DNA of 64,000 nt from Alphaproteobacteria bacterium (GTDB lineage Bacteria; Pseudomonadota; Alphaproteobacteria; UBA8366). The stretch covers positions 4,621,234 to 4,685,233 of the forward strand of contig OZ245815.1 in the NCBI GenBank assembly GCA_965228425.1, read 5' to 3'. Positions 59,907-64,000 of the stretch are shown in pieces. A program made the translations under genes and the position numbers. The notes below the pieces were generated by a model. It searched no databases and was not told the DNA's origin. It saw only the letters and a list, made by a program, of their open reading frames with translations. The number at the start of each line of letters is the position of its first letter. The stretch's first letter is position 1.

Positions 59907-59957
59907 TGGTGGGCGCGGCTGGGATTGAACCAGCGACCCCTACGATGTCAACGTAAG
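59907..59957 (-). pseudogene. 3-prime portion (about 51 nt) of a tRNA-Val(GAC) gene with no 5-prime half; probable attachment-site remnant
   Basis: The minus strand reads TTACG-TTGACAT-CGTAG (anticodon arm, anticodon GAC), GGGTC (variable), GCTGG-TTCAATC-CCAGC (T arm), CGCGCCC-A-CCA. The expected 5-prime acceptor strand GGGCGCG and a D arm are absent from the adjacent sequence, which is AT-rich instead. Confidence 0.6.
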
Positions 59958-60072
59958 GTCACCTGTTAATGTGCGTCCTGATGATCATTGCTGTTAATAA
60001 GAATATCAATACATTAAATCTCCTGTAACATATTGGTTTAATGATATTCAATCTAGTTTATTTCTGTTATTT

Positions 60073-60142
60073 GTGGGGATTGCGTGGGGTTTAAATCGCC
60101 TCTTGGAGAACAAATATGTTAGAATTCCCCACTAATCCCCAC
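60073..60142. promoter_or_regulatory. four phased copies of the heptamer GTGGGGA/T (two direct, two inverted) just upstream of int
   Basis: GTGGGGA lies at 60073-60079 and GTGGGGT at 60084-60090. TCCCCAC lies at 60126-60132 and 60136-60142. Spacing within each pair is 10-11 bp. A near copy, TCCCCAT, lies at 62141-62147 upstream of the AlpA-like gene. Confidence 0.5.
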
Positions 60143-60159
60143 TGCATATTGGACATAGC

Positions 60160-61341
60160 ATGCCGGGTGGAAGACCTAAGCGATATGCGAAGTTCGAAGA
60201 ACTCGTTGAGGCTTCGATCAAGCGCAAGACAAAGCGCCCTCTCTACCATGACAATATCGGTGTTTACCCTGGAGCACGTGGGCACACTGCGTGGGTCAAA
60301 ATAAACTTGCGCAACGGCACCACATACCGAGGGAAGTCATACCCTTCAGGTCACGCGCTCGAAATGAAGCTCGGCAAACTATCATCCTGGGACTGGAAGC
60401 AACTCGAACGAAAACGAGATGAACTTCAAGGCAAAGCCGACAGAGCAGAACCTCTCGAAGACACGAAGCCGCCGATATTCCGAGATTGGGCTAATGAATG
60501 GTTGGAAAGAGCTAAGCCGCGACTTCGGAGCTATCCGATCGTACGTGCTCACATAAAACAGCATCTCTTGCCCGAATTCGGAAATAGGGCTCTCGATTCA
60601 ATTACAGTGGGTGACGTAAATTCTTGGACTTCGAAGAAGCTCAAGGACCAGAAACCCGCAACAGTCAAACGGGAACGCGACACGCTACAAGTCATATTGA
60701 ACGAGGCCGTCCGCGAAGGGTTGATCAGTAGCAACCCATGCCAGCACGCGGTCAAGATTTCGGGGATCGTCGGCAGGCGGCGATATCTCAATGGCGAAGA
60801 GCTTACAAGTCTGCTCACGTCAGCCGAACTAGTCGCAGATTGGCTTCCGGACATAATTCGTTGGGCTGTTCATTCAGGGATGCGAAAGAGCGAAATCCTC
60901 TCACTTAGATGGGAGGACATTGCGCAATTCGAAGATGGCCGAGCCTTTGCAACCGTTACGCATAGCAAGACTGATGAGCCAAGGCTGGTGACCTGCACAA
61001 GGGAGATGAAAGAAGTACTCGAACGACAGAAGAGACGACAATCAACGAGTGGCGGTAGCATTTTTCCTGTCGCACGAATGACACTCCGCCGAAAATGGGA
61101 AAAGGCGAGAAAGGGTGCCGGACTGGAAGACGTAACAATGCATGATCTTCGTCGTACGCACAGCACACACGCAGCAGTCGCTGGTGTCGACCTTCGGACG
61201 CTTGCGTACCGCATGGGTCACAGCGATCTGACTATGTTGCAGAAACATTATGCGTCAATTGTGGGTTCCGCCTCCGTTGAAGCAGCAGAGAAAGTCCAAA
61301 GCGCATTTGACAAAATCTCTGATACCGATGGCCATGACTGA
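60160..61341 (+). CDS. int: tyrosine-type site-specific recombinase (phage integrase family)
   Basis: 393 aa. The C-terminal catalytic region has HSGMRKSEILSLRW (Arg I), HDLRRTHSTHAA (HxxR) and HSDLTMLQKHYA (His/Tyr). Confidence 0.9.
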   Translation: MPGGRPKRYAKFEELVEASIKRKTKRPLYHDNIGVYPGARGHTAWVKINLRNGTTYRGKSYPSGHALEMKLGKLSSWDWKQLERKRDELQGKADRAEPLEDTKPPIFRDWANEWLERAKPRLRSYPIVRAHIKQHLLPEFGNRALDSITVGDVNSWTSKKLKDQKPATVKRERDTLQVILNEAVREGLISSNPCQHAVKISGIVGRRRYLNGEELTSLLTSAELVADWLPDIIRWAVHSGMRKSEILSLRWEDIAQFEDGRAFATVTHSKTDEPRLVTCTREMKEVLERQKRRQSTSGGSIFPVARMTLRRKWEKARKGAGLEDVTMHDLRRTHSTHAAVAGVDLRTLAYRMGHSDLTMLQKHYASIVGSASVEAAEKVQSAFDKISDTDGHD

Positions 61342-62071
61342 GCACGTTTCCACGCTCGCGCAGTTGCATTTACGCGGAAGCAACTTTTTAGTGATTGTTG
61401 CGAATGAAAGCGGTCACTCGACAGAGATCCAAAGCAAGTTAGACAAGAACGCTAATTTGTTCGGGAATGAGGTCGGAATCGCAGCACGTCTCGTTCGCGC
61501 AACATCAAGAGCACACATAAACGTGTCTCGGGAGCTACTGGAAAAACCCTGGCCGCCAGAGGTGTTGAACCGAATGCGGCGAGAAGAGGATCCCTATCTA
61601 GTATTTATTACCGACGTAGATTTTGATGAATTCAATCCAGGTAGTCATGATTGGAGAATTTTGTGGCTCGGGAATGCCCGAACACCCGGCAATTCGATCC
61701 CTAGATTTTTTGGCATCTTGCAACAAGCAATCAGCAACGGAGAAACACCATTCACGTTGCTTGATCGTGTTAGTGACGAACAGACAGGCGCCTCGGTTTA
61801 CGGCTCCATCACATCACCGCATAGGCTGCAGGCAGCCGCTTTAGAACGTGGTCCAGGTAGACCCGGCATCATGGATCCTGGCTATGGCATTCGAGAGTGG
61901 ATCGACGAGCAGGCTCATCAAGGTAATCTGCAAGATCGTTCCCGTGGTTGGAGAATCCGCTTGGTAGACCGTTTGATCCAAGAGAAACCGAACCTTCCGG
62001 GCAATCGAAAATCTGTTAGAGATGCGATAACACGAGCCGGACTGTTTGCAGAGCTGCAAAACAAACAATAG
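61334..62071 (+). CDS. hypothetical protein translationally coupled to int
   Basis: This is in-frame ATG 61334 of track ORF 61250..62071 (MTEHVSTLAQLHLRG...), 245 aa. The ATG lies 5 nt before the int stop, so the genes overlap by 8 nt (ATGACTGA). I recognise no family. The C-terminal RGPGRPGI and SVRDAITRAGLFAEL hint at DNA binding. Confidence 0.6.
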   Translation: MTEHVSTLAQLHLRGSNFLVIVANESGHSTEIQSKLDKNANLFGNEVGIAARLVRATSRAHINVSRELLEKPWPPEVLNRMRREEDPYLVFITDVDFDEFNPGSHDWRILWLGNARTPGNSIPRFFGILQQAISNGETPFTLLDRVSDEQTGASVYGSITSPHRLQAAALERGPGRPGIMDPGYGIREWIDEQAHQGNLQDRSRGWRIRLVDRLIQEKPNLPGNRKSVRDAITRAGLFAELQNKQ

Positions 62072-62177
62072 CCGGCTGGCAATGGCGTTATTCCTATTCC
62101 AAGGCTAGTCAATTAACGCCTTAGTTAAACGCATTCGGAATCCCCATTCTCCTTGTCACTAATCCCTGTAAGGAGAA

Positions 62178-62411
62178 ATGGAAATGCCACGCAACGTCGA
62201 TTCCGACTGCCTCCTCCTGAGTGATTGTCAGGTAGCCCGCATGCTCGGCTTTTCACGAAGCTGGATGCGGCAACAGCGATTCAAGAGAAAGCACAATCTT
62301 CCTCATCACTTTGATTTAGACCCAGTCTGGATTGGAACATCGCCGCGCTATCGCGTTGAAGATGTGAAGGCATGGATCGAGCGTTTAGCCACGAATGCTG
62401 CGGCTCAATAG
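62178..62411 (+). CDS. AlpA / excisionase-type helix-turn-helix protein
   Basis: 77 aa. LLLSDCQVARMLGFSRSWMRQQR...SPRYRVEDVKAWIERL follows the AlpA/HTH_17 pattern (an HTH followed by R-W/Y-x-x-x-x-V-x-x-W). Confidence 0.7.
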   Translation: MEMPRNVDSDCLLLSDCQVARMLGFSRSWMRQQRFKRKHNLPHHFDLDPVWIGTSPRYRVEDVKAWIERLATNAAAQ

Positions 62412-62419
62412 GCACCGCC

Positions 62420-63754
62420 ATGCCCTGTAACTTCATCGACGAAGATGCGTATTGGGAAGGTATATGCCTCGACGAATTGTCGGCCGAGGCTGAAGCTTAT
62501 GACTTTAAGAAATTCATAGACTTCAATCTTACCGTCCAGAATGGGGAGATGGACGCAGCCGTCTCACACCTCCTACCCATTCTTCGACAAACTGAAGCGG
62601 CACGCCGAGGGCATCTTCAAAAGACGGCGGTGGCATTACGCTTGGTGCTTGCAAACCTAATTCGGAATTTTGGGCTCCACCCAGACCTATACACCGCATA
62701 TCCAAGAAACAACGAAGGCTATCCGGATCAGCGCTATAACCCTACGAACGCAAAGCTAGTTGGCACGAAGAGAGCAGTAGATGGCCTCACTGAACTCGGG
62801 CTGATTACCAATCATACTGGATTCTATCGCCGAGATTACGGATACGGACGACTATCCCGGATGCGTGCTACGCAACAATTTTCTGAAACACTGAGAGACC
62901 GATTTGACCTCACGCCGGAACGCATAATCGCCAACCCGGACGCGGAAACTATCATCCTCCGGCAGGCTGGCAGGCCAATTCCGTATGTGGATACCGATCA
63001 AACGCATGCGATGCGAGCACAACTAGCAGATTACAACGCTCGGCTTTCGGCTGCGGATATCTCAGTCGCATTAACCCAAGATCAACACGAAGATTTCGGG
63101 CCCGAACCGGTCGATTTCGGATCCAATACCTACCGCCGGATTTTCTCTAGGGGACGGTTCGACCGAGGAGGCCGATTCTACGGTCCCTGGTGGATCAACG
63201 CGAGGCGCGCCATTCGACAACACATTCTGATCGACAATCAGCCGACAGTCGAATGCGACTACTCAGGCCAGCACCTACATATCCTCTATAGCCTTGCAGG
63301 GCTCAACTATCATCGAATCGATAACACAGGCGATCCTTACAACATGGTCGAGGCGGCAGTAGTAGATCGCGATTTCCTCAAGGTCTGCCTCCTAGTCGCT
63401 CTCAACGCCAGATCCAAAACTGGAGCACTGACCTCATTACGGAACAAGGTCCAAGGTCATCCTGAGTTGCAGGAAGTGGATTTAAGAGACCTACTATCCG
63501 GATTTGAAAGAAAGCATGAGTCAATAGCTCATCACTTTTTCTCTGATGTGGGGGTAGAGCTTCAATATCGAGACTCTTGTCTTTGTGAGTATGTGGTCAG
63601 GAGGCTAATGGAAGACGGAATTCTAGGATTAGCCATCCATGATAGCTTCATAGTCCAAAGACCGTACGAAGATAGGCTTAGAACTATCATGCAAGAGGCC
63701 TATATCCAGTATGGATATGACTCTATCCCCTCCATTCACAGCAACATTCAGTGA
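62420..63754 (+). CDS. hypothetical protein with family-A polymerase / T7-type RNA polymerase-like motif series (putative island polymerase or primase)
   Basis: 444 aa counted from the ATG at 62420; the alternative ATG at 62372 overlaps the AlpA-like gene. The motifs occur in this order: DRGGRFYGPWWIN (nt 63161-63199), ECDYSGQHLHILYSLAG (D280, nt 63257), RDFLKVCLLVALNA (R317/K321, nt 63368-63409) and LAIHDSFIV (D408, nt 63641). Confidence 0.6.
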   Translation: MPCNFIDEDAYWEGICLDELSAEAEAYDFKKFIDFNLTVQNGEMDAAVSHLLPILRQTEAARRGHLQKTAVALRLVLANLIRNFGLHPDLYTAYPRNNEGYPDQRYNPTNAKLVGTKRAVDGLTELGLITNHTGFYRRDYGYGRLSRMRATQQFSETLRDRFDLTPERIIANPDAETIILRQAGRPIPYVDTDQTHAMRAQLADYNARLSAADISVALTQDQHEDFGPEPVDFGSNTYRRIFSRGRFDRGGRFYGPWWINARRAIRQHILIDNQPTVECDYSGQHLHILYSLAGLNYHRIDNTGDPYNMVEAAVVDRDFLKVCLLVALNARSKTGALTSLRNKVQGHPELQEVDLRDLLSGFERKHESIAHHFFSDVGVELQYRDSCLCEYVVRRLMEDGILGLAIHDSFIVQRPYEDRLRTIMQEAYIQYGYDSIPSIHSNIQ

Positions 63755-63763
63755 TTAAGGCCT

Positions 63764-63838
63764 AAGGACCAAATTTCCATAGGTCAAAATGAAGGGAGAG
63801 GGGGGGATGATAACTAGGAGCAATTTTTTTTGGTCCTT
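63764..63838 (+). other. 10-bp perfect inverted repeat after the polymerase-like gene, enclosing G7 and T8 homopolymer tracts
   Basis: AAGGACCAAA (63764-63773) and TTTGGTCCTT (63829-63838) are exact reverse complements, followed by TTTGAA. The roughly 55-nt loop contains GGGGGGG and TTTTTTTT. Confidence 0.3.
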
Positions 63839-64000
63839 TTTGAATGCGTTTTGGGACGTGGTCCGCATCCCAATTTTCAGCAATTCGCCTCCTAAACCTG
63901 ATCGTTCCCCTCAAAAATAGCCAGCAATACAATTACACTGTTTCAAGATGAACAATGGGACAGGCTGGATCGCAATTAACCATCAATTTGCGTTCTATTG

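Larger units (their letters stand above)
59958..64000. mobile_element. one end of an integrated genomic island / integrative element (continues beyond the window)
   Basis: There is an abrupt G+C drop exactly at the tRNA fragment. A tyrosine integrase starts 200 bp inside, followed by an AlpA-type HTH and a replication-slot gene. The other end is not visible. Confidence 0.75.

Noticed and set aside
59907-59985. Possibility of an intact 76-nt tRNA-Val gene
   Set aside because: The T arm, anticodon arm and 3-prime acceptor strand fold well. But neither a complementary 5-prime acceptor strand (GGGCGCG) nor a D arm can be found in 59958-59985. I therefore treated it as a fragment; this should be confirmed with tRNAscan-SE.

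Overview
Most of this window (1 to about 59.9 kb) is a high-GC chromosomal segment. Its gene content looks alphaproteobacterial, and it is densely packed with housekeeping, metabolic and transporter genes. In order these are:
- a partial glcD, rpmJ, a family III CoA-transferase and an S41 protease
- a group of PqqC-like, GlcG-like, RidA, Ldh2 and molybdopterin-hydroxylase genes
- a TPP enzyme, and PiT and MFS transporters
- a lactonase, HisD-paralogue and SDR trio
- glyoxalase II
- an acyl-CoA carboxyltransferase, cupin and SBP trio
- a LysR-associated cluster with two TauD, PrpD, HpcH, 2-hydroxyacid dehydrogenase, RraA and a TRAP transporter
- the aapJQMP amino-acid ABC operon and a five-gene Dpp/Opp-type ABC operon.

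At 59907-59957 a 3-prime fragment of a tRNA-Val(GAC) gene abuts an abrupt fall in G+C. My hand counts of single 60-nt lines are 47/60 G+C at 12601-12660, 14/60 at 60001-60060, and 32-33/60 in island coding lines.

From there to the window end lies one end of an integrated element. It carries a tyrosine integrase, an unknown ORF overlapping the integrase stop, an AlpA-type HTH and a 444-aa protein. That protein carries, in the correct order, a motif series resembling family-A DNA polymerases and T7-type single-subunit RNA polymerases. The protein and its island are the most interesting content.

I saw no rRNA, CRISPR array, transposase or intact tRNA. Many long ORFs in the supplied track are GC-driven shadow frames and were rejected. 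All function calls rest on reading the translations for family-typical motifs; no database search was possible.
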